Shown piece by piece: positions 13,775 through 25,610 of a stretch of 64,000 nt of DNA. The notes under the pieces were generated by a model, which was not told where the DNA came from, did not search any database, and saw only the letters and a list, made by a program, of their open reading frames with translations. The stretch's first letter is position 1. Each line of letters begins with the position of its first letter. The translations under genes and the position numbers were made by a program. The stretch is from Eledone cirrhosa (lineage: Eukaryota), in the NCBI GenBank assembly GCA_964016885.1, contig OZ024740.1, positions 196,230,001-196,294,000 on the forward strand, given 5' to 3'.

Positions 13775-14030
13775 CGGCGCCACTGCTTCGTCAAACAGCA
13801 CGTCGTCCTTCATCCTCTCGAGCGCGAGTAGCGGATGTTGCAGCGGCGTCCCTGCTTCGTCAAACGGCACATCGTCCTTCATCCTTTCGAGCGCGAACAG
13901 CGGATGTTGCAGCGGCGTCCCTGCTTCATCAAACGGCACGTCGTCCTTCATCCTCTCGAGCGCGAATAGCGGTTGTTGCAGCGGCGTCCCTGCTTCGTCG
14001 AATGGCACATCGTCCTTCATCCGCTCTTGC
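13775..14030 (-). repeat. 69-bp (23-aa) coding tandem repeat at the Helitron ORF N-terminus
   Basis: Repeat starts at 13801, 13870, 13939 and 14008. The - frame reads RSRDAAATSAxRAREDEGRRAV then ETIEQRRGRL, typical of Helitron N-terminal R/E repeats. Confidence 0.85.
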
Positions 14031-16064
14031 AGCTGCCGTTTGCACAGCATTCTGTGAGAGCCTGATCGCAGTCGCATTTACATCTTCAGTAAGACGCCTT
14101 CGCTTAGACCTACTTGCATCATAAGATAATCGACCAATGAAAGTTCTTTTCTTGGGGGGGCATTGTGTTTAGAAAATTAACCAGGGAGAACAATAAATAG
14201 TGGACAAATAACGTTTAAGTAAGCAAATCTAAACACGGATATAAATTGTGAAAAAATGTGATAAATCTATGTGGTCTGAGAAAGTGGATATGTTTTGCAA
14301 GATTTTGTGTACCAGTCAAATTTTAAGTTAGGGTCAGAAGTTGAAATGCTTTGCTGCGACCATAATATGAACTTTAAAAGTGGTCCAAGGAGGCTCACTG
14401 CCCTCCCTAGAGGGTTCCCTTGCAAAATTCAAGTGATAACGAATGTGTGGTGCTTTATCTTATGGCAGGCAATAACCATTTCATTGAGTTTTTTGTAAGA
14501 ATCAAGTATAAACTCCCAAAGTTATGGTGCTTTTTTTATTGTGGCAGTTTGAACTTTTATAGGTTAATGAATTGGGCTCATTGTCCCCGAGGGGGTCCTC
14601 TTGCTGAATTGAAATGAAAGTAAATGTGCCTCACTGTATCTTCATCTGTAGTACATGAATAACAACTAAGTCAAAATTAATTTTATTGGACTACCAATTA
14701 TCGAAGCTATGACGCTTTGCTGCATTACAATAGCCAAATTCAATAAATGACTCACCGGGGCTTATTGACCCCTGAGGGTCCCTTTGCTTGTTCCGAGTAT
14801 AGACAATGTCTTAAACATCATTTGTAGGCAATGAGTAACTAATGTATCCGGTAAAGTTAAAATCGAATGTAAACTTCAAAAGTTATCAGGTACTAATACA
14901 GTGTTAATGTGAACTTCAATAGATAAGTCGAAGGGGCTTACTGACCCCCAGGGGTCCCCTTGATAAGTTCAAGTTAAAGTTCATGTGTTCACCTTCCTTT
15001 ATAAGCCATGGGTAATCAATACGTCTCGCTTCGTGAAAACCAAATGCCAACTCAAGCAGTTATGACGTTTTGTTGCATTCATCAAGTCGGTTTACTGCCC
15101 CCCAAGGGGCCCCCTACTTGAATTTCTGCGCAAGTACATGCCTGAAAATTTATTTGTAGGCCATAAGCAAACAAAAGATTAATTTTGGTGAAGATGGGAG
15201 GCAAACTGCAAGAATTATGGGGCTTTTATGCAGTAGTACTGCTGACTCCAAGCGAGAAGCTTAAGAGGGTTATCTGCCTCTGGGGACCTCACAATCGATG
15301 TACAGAAAAATAAAATAGCCTACGACGTGTAATAGGACCTCAGAAACCTATGTATGAAATTTGGTGCAAATCGGTTGTAAAATGTAGAAATGCATGCGGT
15401 TACACAGACAGACAGACATCTGTTTTATATATAGAGATTGATATTCTTATTATGTTTTTTGTTTGTTTAGATCAGAATTTATTTGGAAATTTACAGTGAA
15501 TTTTCTGTGTATACAGCATTCCTTGTTTTAGCGTGTGATTAAAGGAGTGTGTATACCTTTATTTTAGTTTTGACCCATTTTTATATCTCTATGATATACC
15601 CCTTTGTTGATCTGTATGCATTTCTTTTCTTTTTTTAATATATATATTTGGAATATTAATAAAAACAAGGAATGAATTAAAAAAAAAATAAAGTATACAC
15701 AAAAAAAGAAGGAAATACATGAAATAAAATTTGAAAATGTCAAGCTGTATTTATTGTTTGCCGCCTTTATATATTAATCAGTTTTGATAAGGTTTAGAAC
15801 ATCCGAGTGTACGTGACTAAAGTCAGATATTTAACCAGTTACTAATGTACCCATACTAACAGAAATGAAAGAACACTGATTATGCATATAATAAATACAG
15901 TTAATTATTGCTAGGAATCTCACAAATTTGATGCACAGAAATATGATCAAAATAAAAGAAAAAGAAAGGAAAGAAAAAAACTAACTAAAACAACCATCAA
16001 TTCACCACCAAGTGAGACAATTGGCTGTACACAATAAGGGTGAACGGAAACTTTTGAGGCATGC

Positions 16065-16500
16065 CAACATGCTCGCAGCATTACTTGCAGGTGATAGCAA
16101 GGCTAAGGCGCTAAAACACCCAAGCATTCTCAAGGGCATCAGCTGACATCTTGGTAAAGTGAGCCGCCAACGATGACAAGAACTTCGCTGTCAGCGGCCC
16201 AGCTTCACCAAACGTCTCAAACATCACAGGCTGGAAAAATTAGTTACCGCGACATCAATGATATGGAAGAGAGCAAAAGAGTCACTGACTGTGGCGTCCC
16301 AAATGAGACACCTACCCCTTACCCAGGGACAAAGGGTAAGACCGCCAGGTCTCTTCCCATCACTTCTGGATAATCCAGCCGGCTCCAGAACTGAGAGAGT
16401 AGTTACCTGAGCTAAGGCCCACTTAAGGATCAGGTTTAACTTGGTGTGGCGGGCGAAGTGACAAGCATTCAGGCGACAGGACAAACCATGTAGGCCTCAC
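16065..16500 (-). mobile_element. CRE-like RLE retrotransposon fragment (further fragments at about 1360-1550, 20805-21208 and 29935-30165)
   Basis: LEPAGLSRSDGKRPGGLTLCPWVRGRCLIWDATV, a restriction-like endonuclease region. Confidence 0.75.
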
Positions 16501-16514
16501 ACCCGATCTGATTC

Positions 16515-16858
16515 ATTCATTCATTTCACTTCATTTTACGTCCACTTTTTCCCTGCTTGCAAGGGTGGGACAGGAACTGATTCTGGCTTGATTTCTACAG
16601 CTGGATGCCCTTCCTAACACCAACCTCATTTACAGTGAGTGCTGGGTGCTTTTTTGCCGTGGCACCTCCACGACCACTTTGCAGTGGAATGATAGGGACC
16701 CCAGTCCCTATCATCTCATTTCTACAGCTGAGTAAATTGGAGCAATGTGAAATAAAGTGTCTTGCTCAAGGAAACAACACATCACCCGGTCTGAGAATTG
16801 AACTCACAACCTTTCGATTGCAAGGCCAATGCTCTAACCACTAAGCCATGTGCCTCCA
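16515..16858 (-). mobile_element. tRNA-derived CORE-like SINE family B with an RTE-derived tail; second copy at 26832-27161
   Basis: The - strand reads TGGCTTAGTGGTTAGAGC...GAGTTCAATTC, then CORE-like CCTTGAGCAAGACACTT. The 3' part matches the RTE 3' UTR at 46880-47060. Confidence 0.85.
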
Positions 16859-17363
16859 TATATATATATATCAGATAGGGTGTGGTAATACCAGGTGGAC
16901 CATAACCCACCAGAGTACTCTATACTTGGGGTAGTAGAGTGGGTAATAGGAACAGATTCAGGACCCCGACGGCCGTTTCGACAGCTAGATTGGAACGGTT
17001 CAGATCTAGCTGTTGAAACGGCCGGAGCTCAGCCGTCGAGGTTGAATCTTTATATCTAAAACAATGAATGTCTGTCTGTCAGCTCCCTAAAACTCGAGAA
17101 ACACCCAACCAATTGTTTTCAAACTTTACACATGTAATACTTATGGTCCTGTGAGTGTTTTGAGAAAAAAATTTCAAATTTTCAATGCCCTAGGGACCGC
17201 ATTAGGCGATTTAGCGATCTCTCTCTATAATTCTTAGTCTTTCTTTTTAGATAGATACATAGATATAACGTTGCGCCCTTATAATATCTGTCTGTATGTC
17301 TGGTTGTCTGCATTACGACATTATGACGCTGTGTGTGTGTGTGTGTGTATATATGTATACATA

Positions 17364-17425
<62 letters not shown>

Positions 17426-17694
17426 TGTAACGTTTTTCGAAATATTTACTTCTGCGTTCAGAGATTGATTCTTTTAGTTTCAGAAGATCCCGTTAAGGGT
17501 GAAAGCAGCGATTCTTTGCTTAAACTTTAATCTGTTATTTTAATATATATATATATATATAATTATATATTCGTGTACATATATTTTTGCATACACAATA
17601 ACAAAATATAAACAAACGTATTTATTTCACGAGGCAAGAACCCTACAGCAAATCTCGAGCAGTGCTGGGCTATTCTGCTAGTATATATATATTA

Positions 17695-19161
17695 ATTAAT
17701 TTATATGCAGATGACCTAACACTCATAGCTGAATCAATGGCCGAGCTAGAGAAGAAATTCCAAACATGGAAGCACGGCCTAGAATCAAAAGGCCTTAAAA
17801 TTAACCTGGCTAAGACTAAAGTTCTAGTTTGTAAGAAAGAAAATAAGGCGGCGGTCCCTTCCGGGAAGTGGCCATGCTCAGTGTGTAGGAAAGGCGTAGG
17901 TAGAAACTCCATTTTGTGTCCCAAATGCAAAGTATGGGTGCATAAAAGATGTAGTGGGATCACAGGTAAGCTAACTAAGAACATAGATTTTACATGTGGC
18001 CGGTGCTCTGGTGCAATAAGTAGCAGCAAGTGCCCACAAAATACTAGCTCTTTCAACTGCGCAGAGGGTTCTATAGAAATAGTGGACAGCTTCCGTTACC
18101 TGGGTGACAAAATCAGCAGTGGGGGAGGGTGCTCTGAAAGTACAGTAGCTAGAGTCAGAACTGGATGGAAAAAGTTCAGAGAGCTTATACCACTATTAGC
18201 CGCTAAAGGGTTCTCCCTAAAAATGAAAGGCAGGTTGTATGATGCCTGCATACGAACAGCAATGTTGCATGGCAGTGAGACCTGGGCATTGTGTGCAGAG
18301 GATATACGCAGACTAGAGAGGAACGAAGCTTGCATGCTCCGCTGGATGTGTAATAGTAATATATGTGAACGGCAAAGCATAAACGAACTAAGGAAAAAAT
18401 TAGAAATAAGAGGGATCAGATGTTGTTTACTCGAGAGAAGGCTACGTTGGTATGGTCATGTGATGCGCATGAAAGACGATAGCTGTATAACAAAGTGCAG
18501 GGCAATAAAGATAGACGGTAGCCACGGAGTAAGCAGACCCAGAAAAACCTGGGACGAGCTGATAAATTCCGACCGCACACACTTACACCTCTCCAAGACA
18601 ATGTCACTGGACCGAGACCTTTGGCGGTACTCAGTAATAGAGAAGACCCGCCTTACCTAAATACTAAGTGAAACCTACTACAGTCAGTAGGCATCTCTAA
18701 CAAAATACACCCCTGTCCCACTACCCCCACCCCATCCACACCGCCCCTTTCAATGTAAAGTTATGTTGGTGCCACACCATCCAGGCCGAAACAAATGAGA
18801 TCGTGTAGGTGTCACGACAAAAAACACACAGTCCACGCTGTAATGTGGCCGTGTATGCAACACGGCAAAAACCTCCCAGCCCCACACTGTAAATGTGGTT
18901 GGTGTTAGGAAGGGCATCCAGCTGTAGAAAACCCGCCAGACAGTCCACGCTGTAATGTGGCCGTGTAGGCAACACGGTAAAAACCTCCCAGCCCCACACT
19001 GTAAATGTGGTTGGTGTTAGGAAGGGCATCCAGCTGTAGAAAACCCGCCAGACAGTCCTATGCGAGCAAGACAATCACTCTTGCTTCAAGTGGGAAAACC
19101 CCCGTCCAAACCCATGCAAGCGTGGAACATGGACGTTAAACGTTGATGATGATGATGATGA
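17695..19161 (+). mobile_element. RTE-clade LINE, 5'-truncated, open 3' ORF with PHD-like finger and (GAT)n tail
   Basis: LYADDL, WPCSVC..C..C..WVHKRC..C..C, FRYLG, LHGSETW, RLRWYGHV; the 3' UTR has a tandem duplication (about 18830-19040); ends ggacgttaaacgtt(gat)n. Confidence 0.93.
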
Positions 19162-19905
19162 TATGTACAGTGTGTTCACTTTTTACGCGATGATGCGTTC
19201 ACGAACGGGGCGCATAATTCAAGTCTAACTTTCTGATAAATAAAAAAAATTAAAAACAACACGCGTAATGGCACGTTATTCGCGCAAAGTGAATCTATAA
19301 TATTATAAAGCTGAGCGTCGTATGTATTATGTATGTATGTAACCTACACACCTCCCTATAGTTTTTAGCTTTACCCTCTCCGTCGCTCTTCCCTCTCTCT
19401 ATAATTTAACTGCTTTACTCTCTCTGTCGCTCTTCACTCTCTATATGACAACACTTTTTTAGTTTCCGTATCCCCCTTCAATATATACACATTGAGAGAG
19501 AGAGAGAAATTAGGAAAACTACACGCACACATCTACAGAGAGAGAGACAGAAAAACAGAGGGAGGGGAAGAGAGAGAGAGAGAGAGACAGAGGGGGGACC
19601 AGCAAGTGATCGATTCTCCAATGACGTTAAATCAAGTATCGGCATTAAAATAATTTTGAAATAAACAATGTGTATGATCAAATGTAGCACACACACACAC
19701 ACAAACACACACACACGCACACACACACACTTTCACACCTGATTTCGCCAATTGCCGGATAACATCAAAACAAAACACTGAGACACACATGTACATACAC
19801 ACATACACAAACACACATACACAAGCACACACATATCTATACTTATAAAGCTGATGGTCGTATATATGTATATATATATATATATGTATGTATACAACAT
19901 TATGT

Positions 19906-20510
19906 CAGGTCACCAGTTGGTGCTACTGGTAACATGTATCCCAGTACAACCTGTCCCATGGTCGAGTCGTTGACGACTAAACTGGCAACCCCACCAAGGT
20001 TTCTTGGTGAGGAGGGTGACTTTGGACATCCTGCAGGACTAAAAACAAAACCTGTCAAAGGGCAAAGGAGCTCTTAAGAGTCAATGGCCATCCAAAATCA
20101 CCGGGAGAGATGACCCCTTAGCCTTTATCAAGGCAGAATTCTAGGAGAAGGAAAACTCTGATATAACACCTGCAACCCTGATGGTATCCAATGATATTGA
20201 CTTGTTCTTTTTGGTAAATATCATCTTGGTTAAGAGATTGGGACTGGCTTTGTGCAGTGCCTTTTCTCACTATAAAAGCTTCACAGCACAGGCATTGCTT
20301 TATATCTGGAGATCTCTCTACACTTGTCGTCACATGGTACTATGGGCCCAGCACTATGTGTCAATAATTGTCACAAGTGTAGTGTTTGTACCAGAGTTTT
20401 CAAGTCGCTGGCTGGACTAAAAAGTCACATCGTTCAGCGCATCGGTAGGGGTTCTCCTATATGGATATAAAGTAGTGGCCATACTCGAAAACGAGTTGGC
20501 AGCCACCATA
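19906..20510 (+). mobile_element. Internally deleted RTE/BovB-like non-autonomous retroelement
   Basis: RTE-type 5'-like segment joined to a C-terminal C2H2 remnant (CSVCTRVFKSLAGLKSH) and a ggccatactcg...cgag 3' end. Confidence 0.45.
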
Positions 20511-21208
20511 TTAACAACACAGCTTAACTCTTTCTTTTTAAACTCATTTCTACGGTAACTCCTCCCCTTTGCTACGAAGTCGGAAGGACAATGTGAAACG
20601 GGAGGGTGTGTGGTATCTTTGCAGTGGAGTGGTGGGGGCAGGTATACCTAGCCGGGTGCCAGCCGGACGGGCCAGCTAGTATTTAATATTTTTCAAAAAG
20701 GCGTTAAAGCGAATTCGCGCACTTCAAGTTCGCGTAAAAAAATTGTAGCCCCATGGCAACCCCCCCTCCTTTTGACTGGTCCGGGTACTCATGACTATAT
20801 TAATATGTCCCTAGCTCAGGCAAATATCCCCTCAGTTCTGGAGTCGGCTGGATTATCCAGAATTGATAAGAATAGACCAGATGGTCTTACCCTTTGTCCC
20901 TGGGTAAGAGGCAGATGCCTCCTTTGCTCCCCCACCCCACATCATGCCGCGGTAAATGTGGGGGTCATTGCTTCCGTAGCCGAAAGGAATAAAATCCAAA
21001 AATACCAGGAATTATCAAACAATTATTTTTTCCAACCTGTGGTGTTAAGAGACGTTTGGTGGAGTTGGGCCGCTGGCAACGGAGTTCTTGAGATCGCTGG
21101 CGGCTCGCCTTACTGGGATGTTAGGTGATGCCCTTGAGGGTGCCTGCTTGTTTCAGTGCCTTAACCTCGCCATCACCCGCTGTAATGCTGCAACAAGCGT
21201 GTTGGCTT

Positions 21209-23090
21209 CAGCGCTGCCGATGACTGTACGTTCGTACAAAACTGTACGTTTTGCTCAAAATTTTGATGTGCTGTACGTTTGTACGAATTTGCTGCACGTT
21301 TTAGTGATCTTGTCATCGGTTTATAAAATTCATGTTTTGACGCATTGATTGAGTGCATTTTTACATAAGTGCGTTTCGGAGCTTCAAAAAATGAAAGCAC
21401 GAGAGAATGCAGATGAGATTTGTGCATGCAAGCGCGCGTTGACTTATGAGGTCAAGGGCGTCTGTAAATTTGGAGGAAGTATATGTCCAGTTTACCACGC
21501 CATATCTGTCATAACGCAGGAATTTTTCTCACAAATTGGTGTAAAAGGTGCGTGAATTTTTTTTCAAAAGTTTGATAGATTAGATTTAATTTTACAGAGC
21601 TAATTTATACAACCACACTGTATCAGTCTGAACACGAAAGCAGAATTCTTATAACCTACAGTGTAAACGGTATGTGATGTTTTTAATAGTTTAATTGATT
21701 CAAATAAATCTTATAGAACTAACTCGCACAATATATGAGTGATAGAACTGTGAAACGAGTACATTCTTCAGATGAACGTAAAGCAGCAGCAGATGAGAAG
21801 AAGGTTAGATGGGCATCGTATGAAAGGAAGCTTCCGTCCAAATTATTGTACGATGAAAAATTTTCTTCTTTGTTTGAAGTGGGCAAGAAAGATACAACTA
21901 AAGGCGAATGCATATTTTGCAAATGTGAAATTGCCGGCAGTTTGAGTCAAATTTTACGACATGAGCAGACAGAAAAGCACCGCAAGGATGCAAAAGAAGC
22001 GAATAAAGCAACGAAATTGACAAATTTTATCCAAGCTTCTTCGTTTTCTTCACACTCCAGGAAAGTAGTATCTGCTGAATTAAAGTACTCTGCTTTGTTG
22101 CTGACCATAATCTACCCATCTCTATTTTGGACCAATTGCCTGGCCTTGTTGTAAACACCTGTCCTGATTCTAAAATCACCCAGGATGTGAAGTGTGCCAG
22201 AACAAAAGGCACATCCATCTTTTGAAACGTCATCGGCCCCTATGGCTTCAACACTTTATTAAAGAAATTCATTCGACAAAATTCTCCCTCATCTTTGATG
22301 AAACAACTGATGTTTCAACACTTAAACAACTCGTCCTTGTATCCAGATATTACGACGTTGAAATTCAAAAGACTGTCGACGATTGTCTAACTCTTATAGA
22401 AATAAATGATTGCAGTGCTGTGGGTATTTACAACTGTCTTCTATTGTTTTTCAACGAACACGCTATTCCTTTGGAAAATTTGATAGGTTTCGCCTGTGAT
22501 GATGCGAGTGTTATGATGGGCAGCAAAGGAGGCGTCCAACATTTAATGAAGCAGACGAGACCAGATCTACTTGTGCAAGCCTGTGTTTGTCATTCATTAC
22601 ACTTATGTTCATCAAAAGCGTGCAATGAATTACCAAATTCCGTGGAAGAATTGACAAGAAGTATTTATGCATACTTTAGTCACAGTCCTAAGCGGTTCAA
22701 TGAATACAAAGCTTTGCAGAAAATAGCTTCAATTAATCCTCACCAAATCCTGCATGCAAGCTGCACGAGGTGGCTGTCTCTCAAGCAAGTTGTGGAGCAC
22801 ATTTTAGAGCAGTGGCCAACATTGCTGGCATATTTCACCCAAGAAACATTAGAGGATAGGTGTCCGTCTATGGCTCGAAGAATTCTCACTGAAATGAAGA
22901 ATCCGCTTACAAAGATGTAATTTGCATTTCTATCTTTTATTTTAAACAACGTCAACAAACTTAATCTGGAATTCCAGATCGAAAGCTATCGGATGCATAA
23001 ACTCAAAAGAGTAATCAATGCTGGAATGAAGGGAATTTTGAGCAATTTCATTAAACCTGATTTACTTTCTGTCATCAATGTGTGTGAGAT
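21209..23090 (+). mobile_element. hAT-superfamily DNA transposon remnant (ZBED-type transposase, frameshifted, 3' end lost)
   Basis: Left end CAGCGCTGCC plus subterminal TGTACG repeats; BED-like CIFCKC..H..TEKH; FSLIFDETTDVS, FACDDASVMMG, CVCHSLHLC, TRWLS. The sequence is broken by SINEs at 23090. Confidence 0.88.
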
Positions 23091-23557
23091 TAATTGTTTC
23101 TACTTTTGGCACAAGGCCAGCAATTATCCAGTACATTACTGGTACTTTATTTTATCGACCCCCGTAAGGATGAAAGGCAAAGTTGACCTCGGCGGGATTT
23201 GAACTCAGAATGGCAAGGGACGTAACTCTATGCGTCAAAGCATGGCGTCCGACCCTCTACCGATACTGCCAATCCACCGAAATACGTTAATATAATTGTT
23301 TCTACTTTTGGCACAAGGCCAGCAATTACCCAGTGCATTACTGGTATTTATGTTATCGACCCCGTAAGGATGAAAGGCAAAGTTAACCTCGGCAGGATTT
23401 GAACTCAGAATGGCAAGGGCCGTAACTCTATACATCAAACCATGGCGTCCGACCCTCTACCGATACTGCCAATCCACCGCCCTATACGTTAATATAATGA
23501 ATAGTAATTGTTGTTTAGGCTCGGCCTATTAAACGTATTCTTATCCTTATAATTACA

Positions 23558-25169
23558 CTAGCAGATGTACCCGGCGTTGCTCGGGAAATGAATGACAGCC
23601 TGTTTGTCCGTATAAAGAGTGCCAAAGGTTGAGCAAAGAATTGAAATGTAATTGTAAAAAAAAGTTTAACAAAATGGGTGTACAGTGACATGATTGAGTG
23701 AAATAAACAGCAACATAAAAACAATTCATGGGGTAGCTTGAATTAATTGACGTGAGTAACGTCGTGCTATCAAACGTATTTCTCACAGGAATATGCACGC
23801 TATATGTTCAGTCATGTTGACTAATGTTAGTTGTGTAGTCCAATTAGAAATCGCGACCTTCAATCGGGCGAATTGTTCAAGGTCGTTTATGGCTTAGCTA
23901 GCAATTTCTGAGTGCATGTCAGCTAATTGGCTAGCCAATGAGAGGTCACCTCAATAACACGTGCCAAATCGGCCTAGTACTTCAAAAGTTAAAAGGGGCC
24001 TAGTATTTGTACACAGACAGATACACACATAAAATCGATTTTTTTTTTCAAATTTGTTTTTGTCCAAAACCTGCTCTGGCATATAAGCAACATGTGTGCC
24101 AAATTTGGTTGAAATAGGCCTAGTACTTCAAAAGTTAAAAGGAGCCTAGTATTTGTACACAGACAGACCGACTTGCTTTTATATATATAGATTAGCAGTG
24201 GCACCCGGCGTTGCACGAGATAAGGTATTTTGGAATGCGGGCCGCCAATAGACCTAAAAACTGCATGCCTGGACAATATGTAAAGAAAATAAACCGAATA
24301 CTCTGATGGCTGGATAATCTTTAAGATTTTCCCCGATGAAGCAGGAAAAATGCGGGCCTTAGGGGTTCAAGAAAATGAATTTTTTTTATGTGCATAATAG
24401 GCCTTGAAATTTCGGGAAAATCGGCTCGACGTAACGCCTCCAAAAAACCATAAGAAACTGAAAAAATGAAGTTTTTCACCTAATGTGGGCCCTAGGCCAT
24501 AAGAAAGTTAGATTTTCTTTGCTCACGGTATGAAGAAGAGACTGACTAATATATAGTTACAATTTCAAGGAAATCGGTCTGACGTAACGCCTCAAAAAAA
24601 CCCTAAAAATGTTAAACAACGCAGTTTTTCACCTAATGTGGGCCCTAGGAGATACAAAAAGTTGAATTTTTTATGTGCATAACACACCCTGAAACATAAG
24701 TAATACACATGTAAAGTTTGAAAGAAATCGGTTGGGTACTTCTCGAGTTTTAGGGATTCAAACTCACACACACACACACATCCTCAAAGAAGTGACGTAA
24801 TGCAGACACGCAGACATACAGACAGATATTATAAGGGTGCGACGTTATAAGTATGTATCTATCTAAAAAGAGAAAGACTAAGAATTATAGAGCGAGATCG
24901 CTAAATCGCCTAATGTGGTCCCTGGGGTATAGAAAATTTGAAATTCTTTTTGCTCAGAACACTCCCTGAAACATTACATGTGTATTACATGTGTAAAGTT
25001 TGAAAACAGTCGTTTGGGTGGTTCTCGAGTTTTATGGATTCGAACTCACACACACAGACATACATACATCCTCAGTTTTATATATATAGACTAGCAGAAA
25101 ACCGCCCTCGGGTGGTTTTCTGCTAGTATATATATATATATTACACACACAGAAATGTATATATATTTC

Positions 25170-25204
<35 letters not shown>

Positions 25205-25610
25205 TACACACACAGAAATGTATATATATTTCTGTGTGTATATATATATTACACACACAGAAATGTATATATATTCTGTGTGTATATATATATATATTTC
25301 TGTGTGTGTATATATATATATATTACACACACACAGAAATGTATATATGTTTCTGTAGCACTCCTCAATTCCCCCCTCTCTCCCTCCCGCTATCCCCCTC
25401 TTGTAGTCTGTCTCTTTCTTTCACTCTCACTCTCTCTACGCGTGCGCAAAAAACATTCGCACGCGCGCACGTGTTTTAGCGTCTATTCACTCTCTCTCTC
25501 CCTCTCGCTATCCCCCTCTCGTGCGCAAAAAACATTCGCACGCGCGCACGTGTTTCCACTGTCGGACAGACAGACAAACAGAGATATTGCTGGTTATATA
25601 TTATAAGGAG
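23558..25610 (-). mobile_element. Head-to-tail stack of non-autonomous Helitron derivatives (others at about 4550-5060, 17050-17680, 20650-20680, 27260-28201 and 34913-35720)
   Basis: Repeated CTAG + CCCGGCGTTGC hairpin ends (23558, 24193) and TC-TATATATA...(GTCT)n starts (24190, 25090), matching the termini of the large Helitron. Confidence 0.8.

Larger units (their letters stand above)
9221..15437 (-). mobile_element. Helitron with intact termini and a decayed Rep/Helicase ORF
   Basis: On the - strand: A|TC start at 15437; end ...CCGGGCAACGCCGGGTAGCTCTGCTAG|T at 9221. ORF fragments give a zinc finger (CQFC..KKWPRE...CCSNGKV), NIRRYNSAFQMTSFG, SYDALQYPLLF, KYVCKYVNKG, and PIF1 motifs DASGGTGKT, GRTAHS, GDFRQTLPV, FAMSINKSQGQ, FSHGQLYV. 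Multiple stops and frameshifts. Confidence 0.95.

Noticed and set aside
16780-16858. tRNA gene
   Set aside because: A and B boxes are present but run into a SINE body; no complete cloverleaf. The same applies to family A heads.
25140-25350. Palindromic acacacagaaatgtatatatatttctgtgtgt tandem units and overlapping ORFs
   Set aside because: Microsatellite-derived expansion beside Helitron ends; the ORFs are low-complexity artefacts.
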